This document shows positions 46,959 to 58,672 of a DNA stretch of 64,000 nt, one piece after another. Source of the stretch: Hungatella sp. (GTDB lineage Bacteria > Bacillota > Clostridia > Lachnospirales > Lachnospiraceae). The position numbers were made by a program, and so were the translations under genes. Positions within the stretch are counted from its first letter, which is position 1. Each line of letters begins with the position of its first letter. The notes under the pieces were generated by a model. That model worked only from the letters and a program-made list of their open reading frames with translations, was not told where the DNA came from and ran no database searches. The DNA lies in assembly GCA_022792815.1 (NCBI GenBank), contig JAAWBS010000048.1, positions 4,022 to 68,021 of the forward strand. Direction: 5' to 3'.

Positions 46959-49900
46959 GTGCAGATGGAAAAACAGATGGTATTTCATATATTGGGAATC
47001 GACGAGACGAAAGACGAACAGCAGATCAGGGATGCATACAGGGGGCTTTTAAGGACAGTCAATCCGGAGGATGACCCGGAGGGCTTCAAGAGACTGAGGG
47101 AAGCCTATGAGACGGCCGTGAGCCTGGCCGGACAGCCGGAGGAGGAAGAGGAGAAAGAGAAGACGGAGACGGATCTCTGGCTGGACCGGGTAGATGGCAT
47201 CTATTCGGATATCCGGGCAAGAGGTGACGTGGAGGCGTGGGAGGAGGTTCTGTCGGACCCTCTCTGCGAGGACCTGGACACCTCTTTGCAGACCAGAGAG
47301 GCCTTTCTGGCGTATCTCATGGACCATATCTACCTTCCCTACCGGGTGTGGAACGTGATCGATCAGCATTTTCAGGTGGTGGAGGACAAAGAGAATCTGC
47401 TCCAGAAGTTTCCCCAGGATTTTCTGGACTACATGATTTACTATATCCAACATGAGTCGTTTATCGACTATGATCTGTTTCAGGTGACAGACCGGGGACA
47501 GGAGGACGGGGATGCCTACATACGCAACTATCTTGACATTAAGAGACAGCTGGACCAGGGGCAGAAGGAAGGGCTTTTGGCGCGCCTGGATGATCTGGCC
47601 GCCTTCGGCATAAGCCACCCCTATGCCGATGCGGAGCGGCTGCGGATTTTGTCCGGGTTCGGAGCGTCCTGGAGAGAGGATGGGACAGAGGCTGACGGGG
47701 ATAAGCTTTGTCCCGAGGTGGAGGAGGCCGAAAAGCTGACCGACCGCCTGCTCTCGGAGTGCGGACAGGACTCATATGTGCTTCTCTACTGCGGGGAGGC
47801 CAGATGGGCGGCCGGGCGCCGGGAGGAGGCCTATGAGATCTGGCGCCGGATCCTGGAACAGAATCCAGACCACTACACGGCCAAATACGCGGCGGCCCGG
47901 TATCTGATCCGTCAGGGGGACTATGAACAGGCCAAAGAGCTGATGATGGATCTCCTGAATCTGGACGGCAGGGACGAGGCGGTCTTAGAGGACATGAGAA
48001 AGACCAATGAGGCGCTGATCGCCCGGTATAGAGAGTCTCTCGGGGATCCGGGTCAGGATGAGAAGAAGAAAAGCAGCGATCAGGTGGAACTGGGCTGGTG
48101 CCTGTTCCAGAATGAGTACATGGATGAGGCACTGGAGCTGATGAGAGACTTCACCCCGGCTCAGGATGACCTCTATTCTTATGAGAATCTATACGGCAGA
48201 CTTTTGTACAGGGCGGAGCACTATGAGGAGGCTCTTCCCCATCTGAAACGATGGCTGGAGCTGATCGAGGAGACCCCTGATGACGGAAGCGAGGAGAACA
48301 AAAAGAGGATATCCAGGGAGTTTCGGGCCTGTCATATCTTGAGCGGATGCTGCCATGAGCTGAAGCAGAGAGAGGAAGCGTTAAGGTATGTGGAGATGGC
48401 CATCGAGTCGGCGAAGGAGCCTCAGGACCAGCAGGCGTGCATGCAGTACAAGGCATATCTTTTGTTTGAATACGGACAGTACAAGGACAGCATCGATGTG
48501 TGTGATCAGATCCTTAACCGGGACGAGGGATATTTTCCGGCAGTCCTTCAGCGGCAGGAGGCTGCCTATGAGCTGAAAAACGGGCAGCAGGTGGTGGATG
48601 ACTACTACCGGGCCATCCGGATCTATGGGGGGTTTTACAAACCCTATCTGCTGGCGGCGGAGGCATTTTTCTACAGCAACCAGTTTTCCGACGCCAAGGG
48701 AGTGTTGGATCGTGCCAGGGAGAACCAGGTGGAGTTCAGCCCTAACATGAAGCTCTATGAGGTGAAGATCTTGAGAAATCTGGCCGAGAAGCGGGAGGAG
48801 AGGGATCCGGTCTTTTCGCTGGCCAAGGAACTCTTAAATCTGGTGGAGAACCCGGGGCCGGAGGTGGAGCTGGACATTGAGGATCTGTCGGAAGTGGAGT
48901 ATGAGATCGCTCTGCTTCACTGGGACAACAACAACCTTTATGAGGCTCTGGAATATCTGGAGAAGGCCATCGGAAAGAATCCGGAGCGCATGCAGTATCG
49001 GATGATTCGGGGGCATGTGTACCTGGACAAAAAGGAGTATAAGAAGGCACTTACGGAGTACAGGGCAGCAGAGGAGGTCTACGGGGAGGCCCCGGCCCTC
49101 CACTATAACTGCGGACTGTGTCAGGAGAATCTGGGGATGAAGGTTCTGGCCATGGAGGAGTACGAGAAGGCTCTGTCCTGCCAGGAGGGGTATCGGGATG
49201 CCAACGAGAAGCTGGCGGATTACTATAAGGAACGGTATACCAGCACTTACGACGAGGCGGATTTTGAGAAAGCCCTAGGCTACCTGGACCGTCAGCTTGC
49301 CTTTCGGGAGAACTGCTATTATCTGGTGGAAAAAGGGCGGCTTTATATGAGCGCTTACCGGCTTAAGGAGGCCATCGAGGTCTTTGACAAGGCCTTAAGC
49401 TACGAGCCGGAGGACTGGGCATCCCACAACAACAAGGGGTGCTGCTACAAGTATATGGGAGAGTTCGAGAAAGCCATCCAGTGTCTCGAGAAGGCGGTGG
49501 AGTGCATGGAGGACAATCCCAGCGTCCTGCCTTACAGCAACATGGCAGACTGCTATGAGGCCCTGGGGGACTACCGGAAGGCCATCTGGTGTTATGAGAA
49601 AGATCTGGAGATGTTCCCGGACCGGAAATCATTCCGCAGGGAGATCGGTCTTCTCTACCAGTATCTGGAGGACTATGACAATGCCCTGAGATATTTCGAG
49701 ATGGAGCCGGAGCTGGAGGATTACTACGATGACGTGGCCTTCGTCCATTTCCTTCAGGGGAAGACGAAGGAGGCGGTGAAGATCTATGTAAAGGGGATCA
49801 ACAAGGCCTCCAAGGAGGACAAGACGAAACGCCTCTGTGATCTGGGATATTTTTATCGTGAGATACTCTGCGACTTTCGAAAGGCGGAGGGGTATTACAA

Positions 49901-50351
49901 GAGAGCTCTGGCCGCCGCCGTCACGGAGGACGACATCCGGGAGGTGGAGTGGAAGCTGGCATATCTGTACTTTCGGATGGGGAAGAAAAAGGATGCCAAG
50001 GCTCATGCCCTCAGCTCACTGGAGCATTTTAAGAAATCGGACAACGGCACGGAGGAACATTATCTGGCATATCTGTCCTACCGCCCGGCCCGGCTTATGC
50101 GGTTCGGATGGCTTTACATCTGTGTGGGGGAGACAGAGAAGGGCCTTTCCATGTTCCGGCAGATGACGGAGTGCAGAAGATGCCGGCAGTGCAGACACAA
50201 GGTGTGCTATGAGGGATACCAGCATCTGGGGATGTATTATGAGGCAGTGGGGGATTATGAAAAGGCTCGGGAAAATTATGAGAAAGCGATGGAATTCAAT
50301 GACCATGAAGTGGCCGCGAAAATTGCCTGGAAGAGGATACAGAGATTATGA
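46959..50351 (+). CDS. J-domain-like protein with extensive TPR repeats (DjlB/DjlC-like HscC partner)
   Basis: FHILGI...IRDAYR...[17 protein letters not shown]; many TPRs; overlaps hscC start. Confidence 0.85.
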   Translation: MQMEKQMVFHILGIDETKDEQQIRDAYRGLLRTVNPEDDPEGFKRLREAYETAVSLAGQPEEEEEKEKTETDLWLDRVDGIYSDIRARGDVEAWEEVLSDPLCEDLDTSLQTREAFLAYLMDHIYLPYRVWNVIDQHFQVVEDKENLLQKFPQDFLDYMIYYIQHESFIDYDLFQVTDRGQEDGDAYIRNYLDIKRQLDQGQKEGLLARLDDLAAFGISHPYADAERLRILSGFGASWREDGTEADGDKLCPEVEEAEKLTDRLLSECGQDSYVLLYCGEARWAAGRREEAYEIWRRILEQNPDHYTAKYAAARYLIRQGDYEQAKELMMDLLNLDGRDEAVLEDMRKTNEALIARYRESLGDPGQDEKKKSSDQVELGWCLFQNEYMDEALELMRDFTPAQDDLYSYENLYGRLLYRAEHYEEALPHLKRWLELIEETPDDGSEENKKRISREFRACHILSGCCHELKQREEALRYVEMAIESAKEPQDQQACMQYKAYLLFEYGQYKDSIDVCDQILNRDEGYFPAVLQRQEAAYELKNGQQVVDDYYRAIRIYGGFYKPYLLAAEAFFYSNQFSDAKGVLDRARENQVEFSPNMKLYEVKILRNLAEKREERDPVFSLAKELLNLVENPGPEVELDIEDLSEVEYEIALLHWDNNNLYEALEYLEKAIGKNPERMQYRMIRGHVYLDKKEYKKALTEYRAAEEVYGEAPALHYNCGLCQENLGMKVLAMEEYEKALSCQEGYRDANEKLADYYKERYTSTYDEADFEKALGYLDRQLAFRENCYYLVEKGRLYMSAYRLKEAIEVFDKALSYEPEDWASHNNKGCCYKYMGEFEKAIQCLEKAVECMEDNPSVLPYSNMADCYEALGDYRKAIWCYEKDLEMFPDRKSFRREIGLLYQYLEDYDNALRYFEMEPELEDYYDDVAFVHFLQGKTKEAVKIYVKGINKASKEDKTKRLCDLGYFYREILCDFRKAEGYYKRALAAAVTEDDIREVEWKLAYLYFRMGKKKDAKAHALSSLEHFKKSDNGTEEHYLAYLSYRPARLMRFGWLYICVGETEKGLSMFRQMTECRRCRQCRHKVCYEGYQHLGMYYEAVGDYEKARENYEKAMEFNDHEVAAKIAWKRIQRL

Positions 50352-52036
50352 TAATTGGAATTGACCTTGGAACAACCAACAGCCTGGTGGCGTATTTCAC
50401 CGAAGAGGGACCGAAGATCATCCCCAACAGGCTGGGAAAGAACCTGACTCCGTCGGTGGTCAGCCTCGACGAGGAGCAGCAGGTGTATGTGGGAGAGCTG
50501 GCGGCGGAGAGGATGCTGCTGTATCCGGACAGCGCGGCCAGTGTATTTAAGCGAGACATGGGGAGCAAGAGGCAGTTTAAGCTCCTGGACAAGACCTTCC
50601 TGGCGGAGGAGCTGTCCTCCCTAGTCCTGCGGGCCTTGAAGGAGGACGCGGAGAGCTATCTGGGGGAGGAGGTGGAGGAGGCTGTCATCAGTGTCCCCGC
50701 CTACTTTGACGATGCCAGGAGAAGGGCTACCAAGAGGGCAGGGGAGCTGGCCGGCTTAAAGGTGGAGCGGATCATCAGTGAGCCCACGGCAGCTGCCATC
50801 GCCTACGGGCTGTACCAGAGCCAGGCCCAGGCCAGATTTCTGGTGTTTGACTTAGGGGGAGGCACCTTTGACGTGTCGATCCTGGAGCTTTACGACACCA
50901 TCCTGGAGGTTCGGGCCGTGGCGGGAGACAACTTCTTAGGCGGCGAGGACTTTACGGCAGTGCTGGAGAATTTGTTTTTTGAGAAACACTACAAACTGGA
51001 CCGGCTGTCCCTGGACGAGAAGACCCTTCGGCACGTCCACAAGCAGGCTGATCTGTGCAAGCTGGGGTTCTCCGACAAGAGGGTATCTAAGATGAGCTGT
51101 AAGATCGGGGAGGAGCTGTATGAGCTGGAAGTGGAGCTCTCCAAGTATGAGGAGGCCTGCAGCGAGCTTTTGGAGCGGATCCGCAGGCCGGTGAAGAGGA
51201 GCCTGGCGGATGCCCACATCCGATTATCAGACATCGACAAGGTGGTGCTGGTGGGAGGGGCTACCAAGAGCCCGGTGATCCGTCGGTTTGTCAGCAAGCT
51301 GTTTAAGATGATTCCAGACACCAACATCAATCCGGATGAGGCCGTGGCTCTGGGGGCTGCCATCCAGGGAGCCATGAAGGAGAGGAAGGAGGCCATCAAG
51401 GAGGTGATCCTCACCGATGTGTGTCCCTTCACTCTGGGCACCGAGGTGGTGCGGGAGTGGGAGAACAACCAGTATGAGAGCGGTGTGTTCTGCCCTATCA
51501 TCGACCGCAACACGGTGATTCCGGCCAGCCGGACGGAGCGCCTCTACACGGTCCGGGACAATCAGGACAAGATCCGCATCAATGTGCTCCAGGGGGAGAG
51601 CCGTTTTGCGGCCAATAATCTGTCTCTGGGGGAACTGCTCATCAATATCCCGGCGTCAAAGGCCGGGGAGGAGTCGGTGGACGTGACCTATACCTATGAT
51701 ATCAACTCCATCCTCGAGGTGGAGGTGAAGGTGATCTCCACAGGGGAGGTTCAGAAAAAAGTCTTTCTGGGAAGGGATGTGGACATGACCCAGGAGGAGA
51801 TCGAGGAGCGGTTAAAGACTCTGTCCTACTTAAAGATCCACCCCAGAGACCGGGAGGAGAACAAATATCTGCTGCTGCGGGGAGAGCGGGTCTATGAGGA
51901 GAGCTTGGGAGATGACCGCCTCTTTGTAGAGCGGGCAATCCGGAAGTTTGAGAAAGCCCTGAACACCTACGATCAGGGCGTCATCGAGGAGGCAAAGGAG
52001 GAGTTTAAGAAGTTTCTGGAGATGATGGAGGAGTAG
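50348..52036 (+). CDS. hscC: Hsp70 family chaperone HscC
   Basis: [40 protein letters not shown]-terminus; 562 aa. Confidence 0.88.
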   Translation: MIIGIDLGTTNSLVAYFTEEGPKIIPNRLGKNLTPSVVSLDEEQQVYVGELAAERMLLYPDSAASVFKRDMGSKRQFKLLDKTFLAEELSSLVLRALKEDAESYLGEEVEEAVISVPAYFDDARRRATKRAGELAGLKVERIISEPTAAAIAYGLYQSQAQARFLVFDLGGGTFDVSILELYDTILEVRAVAGDNFLGGEDFTAVLENLFFEKHYKLDRLSLDEKTLRHVHKQADLCKLGFSDKRVSKMSCKIGEELYELEVELSKYEEACSELLERIRRPVKRSLADAHIRLSDIDKVVLVGGATKSPVIRRFVSKLFKMIPDTNINPDEAVALGAAIQGAMKERKEAIKEVILTDVCPFTLGTEVVREWENNQYESGVFCPIIDRNTVIPASRTERLYTVRDNQDKIRINVLQGESRFAANNLSLGELLINIPASKAGEESVDVTYTYDINSILEVEVKVISTGEVQKKVFLGRDVDMTQEEIEERLKTLSYLKIHPRDREENKYLLLRGERVYEESLGDDRLFVERAIRKFEKALNTYDQGVIEEAKEEFKKFLEMMEE

Positions 52037-53279
52037 CCTTGTCTGACGAGCCAGCCAATGTCTTGCTGTGGACGGAGTGGTCCATGACCGCGTCCGGAGC
52101 AAGAAAGCTGGCTCGTTTGATACTGTCTACGCCGAACCGGCTCCGGATGGCATCTACGGCCCGCTCCATCTGTTCCAGCTTTCGGTTTCGCTGGGAATCA
52201 AAAAAACTCATCTGTACAAACCCCTCGTCGGAGATCTTGGTGACCCGGACTCCGATGAGGCGCACCGGTGTCAGGTCCCAGAAATCCCTCAGAAGCCGGC
52301 AGGAGGCCTCGTAGAGCACGGTGGAGGAGTCGGTGGGAGTCTTTAACATGGTCTGATGGGAGGAGCTTATAAATCTCCAGTCCTTCAGCTCCACGCAGAC
52401 ACAGCAGCAGGTCACATGATCTCTGCGGAGCCTGGACCCTACGGTCTCGCACAGGGACAGGAGGACCGGAAAGGCGGATTCATAGTCGTCCACATCCCGG
52501 GACAGGGTGATGCTGTTGCCGTAGCCTTTGACGGCAGGCTCCTTCTCCTCCACAGGGTCGTCGTCGATGCCGTTGGCATAGCGGTGAATCTGCCGGGCGT
52601 ATTTGACGCCTAAGTGGGACCGGAGGACGGCCGGGTCACAGTGGGCCAGATCGAAGACCGTGTAGATGCCCAGGGCTTTCAGTTTCTTCTCGGCGGAACC
52701 GCCTACAAAAAACAGTTCTCTCACAGGGAGGGGCCACAGCTTGGATGGGATCTCCCGGTCCCACAGGGTGTGACACAGGTCAGGCTTTTGGAAGTCAGAG
52801 GCCATCTTGGCCAGCAGCTTGTTGGAGGCCAGACCGATATTGACCGTAAACCCCAGCTCCCTCTTGATCCGCTCCCGAATCCGGGCCGCCACCTCTTCCG
52901 GTTCCCCGAACAGATGGATGGTCTCTGTCATGTCAAGAAATGCCTCGTCGATGCTGAACTTCTCGATGGTGGGGGTGTACTCCTCCAACAGGTGAATCAG
53001 GCGGTCCGAATACTCCTGATACACCTCAAAACGGGAAGGGACGCAGGTCAGTGACGGGCATTTTTTTAATGCCTGGGCGATGGGCTCCCCGGTGGTGACG
53101 CCGAAAGCCCTGGCAGGGGTGGATTTGGCCAGTACCACGCCGTGTCGGGTCTTCTGGTCTCCGCCTACCACCGAGGGGATGGTGCGAAGGTCCAGGGCGG
53201 ACGGGTCTTTTGTCAGACGATAGACCGATTCCCAGCTGAGGAAGGCGGAGTTGACGTCGATGTGAAAAATGAGGCGCAT
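52005..53279 (-). CDS. dinB: DNA polymerase IV (Y family)
   Basis: [24 protein letters not shown]; start at 53279 after GGAGG. Confidence 0.95.
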   Translation of the reverse strand: MRLIFHIDVNSAFLSWESVYRLTKDPSALDLRTIPSVVGGDQKTRHGVVLAKSTPARAFGVTTGEPIAQALKKCPSLTCVPSRFEVYQEYSDRLIHLLEEYTPTIEKFSIDEAFLDMTETIHLFGEPEEVAARIRERIKRELGFTVNIGLASNKLLAKMASDFQKPDLCHTLWDREIPSKLWPLPVRELFFVGGSAEKKLKALGIYTVFDLAHCDPAVLRSHLGVKYARQIHRYANGIDDDPVEEKEPAVKGYGNSITLSRDVDDYESAFPVLLSLCETVGSRLRRDHVTCCCVCVELKDWRFISSSHQTMLKTPTDSSTVLYEASCRLLRDFWDLTPVRLIGVRVTKISDEGFVQMSFFDSQRNRKLEQMERAVDAIRSRFGVDSIKRASFLAPDAVMDHSVHSKTLAGSSDKATPPSSPETS

Positions 53280-53331
53280 GGAGATTCCTCCTTTTGGGAT
53301 GTCTTTGAGCTTGGCAAATACCAGTGTCTTC

Positions 53332-53360
53332 AGTATAACAGAATATATGTTCGAATACAA
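53332..53360 (-). promoter_or_regulatory. dinB promoter with LexA (SOS) box in the spacer
   Basis: Minus strand TTGTAT-N17-TATACT; CGAACATATATTCT at 53340-53353 resembles Firmicute CGAAC-N4-GTTCG. Confidence 0.8.
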
Positions 53361-53424
53361 GGGGGAGGGGAATAAATTTTTGTAACTGGAATAGGATAGA
53401 TAATAAAACCAAGGGTCTCCCAGG

Positions 53425-54669
53425 ATGATGAGAAACAAGTCTCTGTTAAAACAGTTTTTGGTTATAGTGTGTACAGCGTTTTTTTGTGTGTCGGGCATTC
53501 CTTTTCCGGCTATGGCGCAGGAAGAGGAGGAGCAGGATCCGTCTCTTCGGCTGAATGCTCAGTCGGCGGTTCTTATGGACGGGAGGACAGGGAGAGTGCT
53601 TTACGGGAAGAATGAGGAGACGGTGCGCCCTATGGCAAGCACGACCAAGATCATGACCTGTATCCTGGCGCTGGAGCATGGGAATGTGGAGGATGAAGTG
53701 ACGGTCTCTTCCTATGCGGCGGGGCAGCCCAAGGTTCATCTGGGAGCGCCGGCGGGGAGAAGGTTTTTGATGGGGGATCTGCTCTATTCGCTGATGCTGG
53801 AGTCTCACAACGACACGGCGGTGATGCTGGCGGAGTATGTGGCAGGTGATGTGGAGAGTTTTGGGGCGATGATGAACGACAAGGCCAGGGAGCTGGGGTG
53901 TGGGGACACCTGGTTTATTACGCCCAACGGACTGGACGCCAGAGGGGTGACGGCCGACGGGAAGGAGAGGTTTCACAGCACCACCGCCAGGGACCTGGCC
54001 CGCATCATGAGCTATTGCACCTGGGAGTCCCCCAAGAGCCGGGAGTTTCTGGAGATCACCCGGACCCAGAATTATTATTTTACGGATCTGGACCAGAAGG
54101 GCAGCTATTCCTGCGTCAATCACAACGCGTTTTTGTCCATGATGGAACAGGCTCTCTCGGGGAAGACCGGATTTACCGGCGGCGCCGGGTATTCCTATGT
54201 GGCCTCTCTGGAGGACGGGGGAAGGACCTATGTGATCGCGCTGCTTGGCTGTGGGTGGCCGCCTCACAAGACCTGGAAGTGGAGCGATGCCAGGACTTTG
54301 TTTCGATACGGGTTAGAGGAGTATGAGAACCGGACTCTCGGCGGGGCACCGAACCTAAAGCCGGTGGCGGTGACAGACGGGATACCGGGGGAGGGAGACG
54401 GGGAGTGGGCAGCCCGAGTCCGCCTTGCAGTCGGGGAGGGACATGGGGAGAGACAGGCGCTGATGAGAGAGGGGGAACAGGTGGAAGTGAGGACTGAGAT
54501 TCCGGGAGAGCTTCAGGCCCCGGTGTATGAGGGCGATCTGGTGGGACAGATCGTCTACTGTCTGGACGGGGTATCCGTATGCACAGAACCGGTGTATGCG
54601 GCGGAGACGGTGGAGCGGATCGGTTTGCCCTGGTGCCTTAGACAGACGGTGGGATTCTTTTTACAATAA
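53425..54669 (+). CDS. dacB: D-alanyl-D-alanine carboxypeptidase (peptidase S11, DacB-like)
   Basis: STTK, SHN and KTG motifs; signal peptide. Confidence 0.88.
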   Translation: MMRNKSLLKQFLVIVCTAFFCVSGIPFPAMAQEEEEQDPSLRLNAQSAVLMDGRTGRVLYGKNEETVRPMASTTKIMTCILALEHGNVEDEVTVSSYAAGQPKVHLGAPAGRRFLMGDLLYSLMLESHNDTAVMLAEYVAGDVESFGAMMNDKARELGCGDTWFITPNGLDARGVTADGKERFHSTTARDLARIMSYCTWESPKSREFLEITRTQNYYFTDLDQKGSYSCVNHNAFLSMMEQALSGKTGFTGGAGYSYVASLEDGGRTYVIALLGCGWPPHKTWKWSDARTLFRYGLEEYENRTLGGAPNLKPVAVTDGIPGEGDGEWAARVRLAVGEGHGERQALMREGEQVEVRTEIPGELQAPVYEGDLVGQIVYCLDGVSVCTEPVYAAETVERIGLPWCLRQTVGFFLQ

Positions 54670-54683
54670 TCCCCAAAATACTC

Positions 54684-54712
54684 TTGAAAATTCCCCTATT
54701 TAGAGATACAAT
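54684..54712 (+). promoter_or_regulatory. Sigma-A-type promoter of decarboxylase operon
   Basis: TTGAAA-N17-TACAAT. Confidence 0.65.
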
Positions 54713-54801
54713 ATAATCGGCAGAAATTTGGATTTACCAGACGGATTTTGTTAAATTCCAGACAAAGTCCGCCAAAATATTTTATAATGGAGGACAGCAA
54801 A

Positions 54802-56256
54802 ATGAGTAATTCAGCACAGACATCAGCAAGCAGCCGGATTCATATGCTGCTTGATGAGAACAGTTTTGTTGAAGTAGGTGCTTACATCACTGCGAGAAGC
54901 ACGGATTTCAACATGACAGACAAGGAAACACCTGCTGATGGTGTTGTGACCGGCTATGGGACCATAGACGGCTGCCTTGTGTATGTGTACAGCCAGGATG
55001 CGTCCGTGATGGGCGGTTCCATGGGCGAGATGCACGCAAAAAAAATCTCCAACCTTTACAGGATGGCCATGAAGATGGGCGCTCCGGTGATCGGACTGGT
55101 TGACTGCGCAGGCTTGAGGCTTCAGGAGGCCACGGACGCGCTCCATGGTTTCGGAGAGCTGTATTATCACCAGACCATGGCTTCCGGCGTAATTCCCCAG
55201 ATTTCAGCCGTATTCGGCACCTGCGGCGGCGGCATGGCCGTATCTGCGGCTCTGGCAGATTTCACTTTGATGGAGGAGAAGAAAGCCAGGCTTTTTGTCA
55301 ATTCCCCCAACGCCATCGACGGCAATTATGCAGGCAAGTGTGATACCGCCTGCGCCGCTTATCAGAGCGAGGAGGCAGGCAACGCGGACTTTATCGGAAG
55401 CGAGGAGGAGATCCTTGCAGAGGTGCGCACGCTGGTGACCATTCTTCCTGCCAACAATGAAGATGATTTATCCTACGATGAGTGCAGCGATGACTTAAAT
55501 CGGGTGTGCGAGGATTTAGCAAACTGTGTGGAAGATACGGGGCTCGCCCTGTCTGCCATTTCTGACGATCATTTCTATCTGGAAGTAAAGAAAGACTATG
55601 CTCCTTCCATGGTGACCGCATTCATCCGTCTCAACGGAACTACCGTGGGCTGTGTGGCCAACCGCTGTACCGTATATGGCGACGACGGAGAGAAGAAGGC
55701 CCAGTATGAGCCGGTGCTCACATCCAAGGGATGCAGGAAGGCGGCCAGATTCGTAGATTTCTGTGATGCGTTCAACATTCCTATTCTGACCCTTGTCAAT
55801 GTAACCGGATACAAGGCAGACAAGTGCAACGAGAAGGCCATGGCCAAGTCTGCGGCCGGACTGACCGGAGCATTTGCCCAGGCCAGTGTTCCCAAAGTGA
55901 CCGTGATCATCGGACAGGCCTATGGGACCGCTTATCTGACCATGGCGAGCAAATCCATCGGCGCGGACCTGGTCTATGCATGGCCCACTGCCTCCATCGG
56001 CATGATGGATGCGGTGCCGGCAGTCAAGATCATGTATGCCGATGAGATCGGTAAGGCCGACGATGCCGTGACTCTGATCAACGAGAAGGCAGCTCAGTAC
56101 AGACAGCTGCAGTCCAGCGCCGTAGCGGCGGCAAAGAGAGGCTATGTGGATGATATCATCGAGGCCTGTGACACCAGGAAACGTGTGATCGCGGCGTTGG
56201 AGATGTTGTTCACCAAGAGAGAGGATCGTCCATCTAAGAAGCATGGCACGGTTTAG
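54802..56256 (+). CDS. mmdA: Acyl-CoA carboxyltransferase (methylmalonyl-CoA decarboxylase alpha-like)
   Basis: PADGVVTGYGTIDG, ASGVIPQIS, RFVDFCDAFNIP, PSKKHG. Confidence 0.8.
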   Translation: MSNSAQTSASSRIHMLLDENSFVEVGAYITARSTDFNMTDKETPADGVVTGYGTIDGCLVYVYSQDASVMGGSMGEMHAKKISNLYRMAMKMGAPVIGLVDCAGLRLQEATDALHGFGELYYHQTMASGVIPQISAVFGTCGGGMAVSAALADFTLMEEKKARLFVNSPNAIDGNYAGKCDTACAAYQSEEAGNADFIGSEEEILAEVRTLVTILPANNEDDLSYDECSDDLNRVCEDLANCVEDTGLALSAISDDHFYLEVKKDYAPSMVTAFIRLNGTTVGCVANRCTVYGDDGEKKAQYEPVLTSKGCRKAARFVDFCDAFNIPILTLVNVTGYKADKCNEKAMAKSAAGLTGAFAQASVPKVTVIIGQAYGTAYLTMASKSIGADLVYAWPTASIGMMDAVPAVKIMYADEIGKADDAVTLINEKAAQYRQLQSSAVAAAKRGYVDDIIEACDTRKRVIAALEMLFTKREDRPSKKHGTV

Positions 56257-56271
56257 TGAGGTGACAGTCAT

Positions 56272-57039
56272 ATGAGACAATTAAGAAAACAGGTATTACT
56301 GGTGCTGTGTGTCATGGCGTGTCTTGTTTCCCTGACTGCCTGTGAGGCACAGACCGACAAGCAGTCTTCCCTGGGAGATTCCGAGTCCATGGCGCTGCAG
56401 CAGAGCGCCGAAGTTATGCTGGAAGGATTTGTGGAGATCGGTTCCACCAGAGGTGAGGAAGCCGTCGTTCAGTACCGGGAGAACGATATGGAAGTCATGG
56501 CCTCTGCCATGGAAAGCTACATGAGCGTGTCAAAGGATTTGGGCGCTTTTGTGTCGACGGACAGCGGATGGGCAGACAAGACGGATGGCGGTTACATCAT
56601 CACCCTGGACACCACCTTTGAAAAGAGAAAATGTGAGTTTACCATCACTCTGGATAAAAGACTGGAACAGGTCACTTCCGTCTCCTTCAACCCGGTCTAC
56701 ACCACCGGCGAGAATATGATCAAGGCGGCTTTAAATACCCTGATGGGCATGGGAACCGTATTTATCGTGCTGATCTTTATCAGCTGGCTTATCAGCTGCT
56801 TTAAATACATCCGTCAGTTTGAGGATAACATGAAGAAGAAAACTCCGGCACCGGTTCCGGAGGTGTCAAGGGCTTCTGCGGCACCGGCAGCGTCTGAATC
56901 TGCAAAAGAGCTGACTGACGATTTGGAACTGGTGGCGGTCATTACTGCTGCCATCGCCGCATCCACAGGCGCATCGGCAGACGGTCTGGTAGTCCGCTCC
57001 ATCAGACGGGCGCCAGGCAGCAAATGGAAAAAAGCATAA
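56272..57039 (+). CDS. OadG/MmdD family subunit with N-terminal lipoprotein domain
   Basis: Lipobox LTAC; NTLMGMGTVFIVL TM; ELVAVITAAIAA. Confidence 0.85.
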   Translation: MRQLRKQVLLVLCVMACLVSLTACEAQTDKQSSLGDSESMALQQSAEVMLEGFVEIGSTRGEEAVVQYRENDMEVMASAMESYMSVSKDLGAFVSTDSGWADKTDGGYIITLDTTFEKRKCEFTITLDKRLEQVTSVSFNPVYTTGENMIKAALNTLMGMGTVFIVLIFISWLISCFKYIRQFEDNMKKKTPAPVPEVSRASAAPAASESAKELTDDLELVAVITAAIAASTGASADGLVVRSIRRAPGSKWKKA

Positions 57040-57061
57040 TCATTTTAGGAGGATCATTATC

Positions 57062-57430
57062 ATGAAGAATTATACAATTACAGTCAACGGCAATGTCTAT
57101 GAAGTAACCGTAGAGGAAGGAACTTCCACCGGCGCAGCCCCTGCACCGAGAGCAGCAGCCCCCGCACCCAAGGCAACCCCGGCGGCCCCCAAGGCAGCAG
57201 CGGCAGGCCCCCAGGGCTCTGTGGCAGTCAGCGCCCCCATGCCGGGCAAGATCCTGGGAATCAAAGCCAATCCCGGACAGGCCGTGAAAAAGGGAGAAGC
57301 CATCATTGTCCTGGAAGCCATGAAGATGGAGAATGAGATCGTAGCCCCGCAGGACGGAACCATCGCCAGCATCAATGTGTCTGTAGGCGATTCTGTAGAG
57401 GCAGGAGCGACCCTGGCTACTTTAAACTAG
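57062..57430 (+). CDS. mmdC: Biotin carboxyl carrier subunit
   Basis: EAMKMENEI biotinylation motif; Ala/Pro linker. Confidence 0.92.
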   Translation: MKNYTITVNGNVYEVTVEEGTSTGAAPAPRAAAPAPKATPAAPKAAAAGPQGSVAVSAPMPGKILGIKANPGQAVKKGEAIIVLEAMKMENEIVAPQDGTIASINVSVGDSVEAGATLATLN

Positions 57431-57470
57431 GAATTCTGTAAGAACGCAGATTCCAAATGGAGGGATTGAC

Positions 57471-58598
57471 ATGGAATATATAACAAGTACCTTGGGGAAT
57501 CTTCTTCAGCAGACGGCATTTCTGAATGTAGACGAGCGCAATCTGTTTATGATCGCTATAGCCTGTGGATTCTTGTACCTGGCTATCAAGAAGGGATTTG
57601 AACCGCTTCTGCTGGTTCCCATTGCCTTCGGTATGCTGCTGGTGAACATCTACCCGAACATTATGGAGGAAGGAGGACTTCTCCACTATTTCTTCTTATT
57701 AGATGAGTGGAGCATCCTGCCGTCCCTGATCTTTATGGGTGTAGGTGCCATGACGGACTTCGGCCCTCTCATCGCCAACCCTAAAAGTTTCCTGCTGGGA
57801 GCAGCGGCCCAATTCGGTATCTATTCTGCTTACTTTATGGCAATTCTCATGGGCTTTAACGACAAGGCGGCTGCTGCCATCTCCATCATCGGAGGCGCTG
57901 ACGGTCCTACATCCATCTTTCTGGCCGGCAAACTGGGGCAGAAGGAGCTCATGGGTCCGATCGCCGTGGCAGCCTACTCTTATATGGCTCTGGTGCCCAT
58001 CATCCAGCCGCCGATTATGAAGCTGCTGACCACGGAGAAGGAGCGCCGGATCAAGATGGAGCAGCTTCGCCCCGTATCTAAACTGGAGAAGATTCTGTTC
58101 CCCATCATCGTTACCATTGTGGTATGTCTGATTCTGCCCTCCACGGCGCCTCTGGTGGGTATGCTTATGCTGGGCAACCTGTTTAAAGAGTCAGGAGTGG
58201 TGGGACAGCTGGCCGAGACCGCTTCCAATGCCATGATGTACATCGTGGTAATCCTTCTGGGTACTTCCGTAGGCGCTACCACAAGCGCGGAGGCATTCTT
58301 AAACTGGGATACCATTAAGATCGTTCTTCTTGGCCTCATCGCTTTTGCGGTGGGTACTGCGGCAGGTGTGCTGTTCGGCAAGCTGATGTGTAAGATGACA
58401 GGAGGAAAGGTGAATCCTCTGATCGGTTCCGCCGGTGTGTCGGCAGTTCCCATGGCCGCCCGCGTATCCCAGAAGGTTGGCTCAGAGGCAGATCCGACCA
58501 ACTTCCTTCTGATGCACGCCATGGGCCCCAATGTGGCAGGTGTCATCGGTACGGCAGTGGCTGCAGGTACCTTTATGGCCATCTTCGGCGTCAAATAA
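57471..58598 (+). CDS. oadB: Na+-translocating decarboxylase beta subunit
   Basis: IIGGADGPT, GVSAVPMAARV, HAMGPNVAGVIG. Confidence 0.95.
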   Translation: MEYITSTLGNLLQQTAFLNVDERNLFMIAIACGFLYLAIKKGFEPLLLVPIAFGMLLVNIYPNIMEEGGLLHYFFLLDEWSILPSLIFMGVGAMTDFGPLIANPKSFLLGAAAQFGIYSAYFMAILMGFNDKAAAAISIIGGADGPTSIFLAGKLGQKELMGPIAVAAYSYMALVPIIQPPIMKLLTTEKERRIKMEQLRPVSKLEKILFPIIVTIVVCLILPSTAPLVGMLMLGNLFKESGVVGQLAETASNAMMYIVVILLGTSVGATTSAEAFLNWDTIKIVLLGLIAFAVGTAAGVLFGKLMCKMTGGKVNPLIGSAGVSAVPMAARVSQKVGSEADPTNFLLMHAMGPNVAGVIGTAVAAGTFMAIFGVK

Positions 58599-58672
58599 GA
58601 GTGAATAGAACCGTCAGCTGTCCGGCCGGCTGCCGTCAGCTGTCTAAATGAGAATATCCAGGAGGTAATACA

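Noticed and set aside
53280-53498. 73-aa N-terminal extension of DinB in the ORF track
   Set aside because: It spans the promoter, SOS box and dacB start; the RBS supports ATG at 53279
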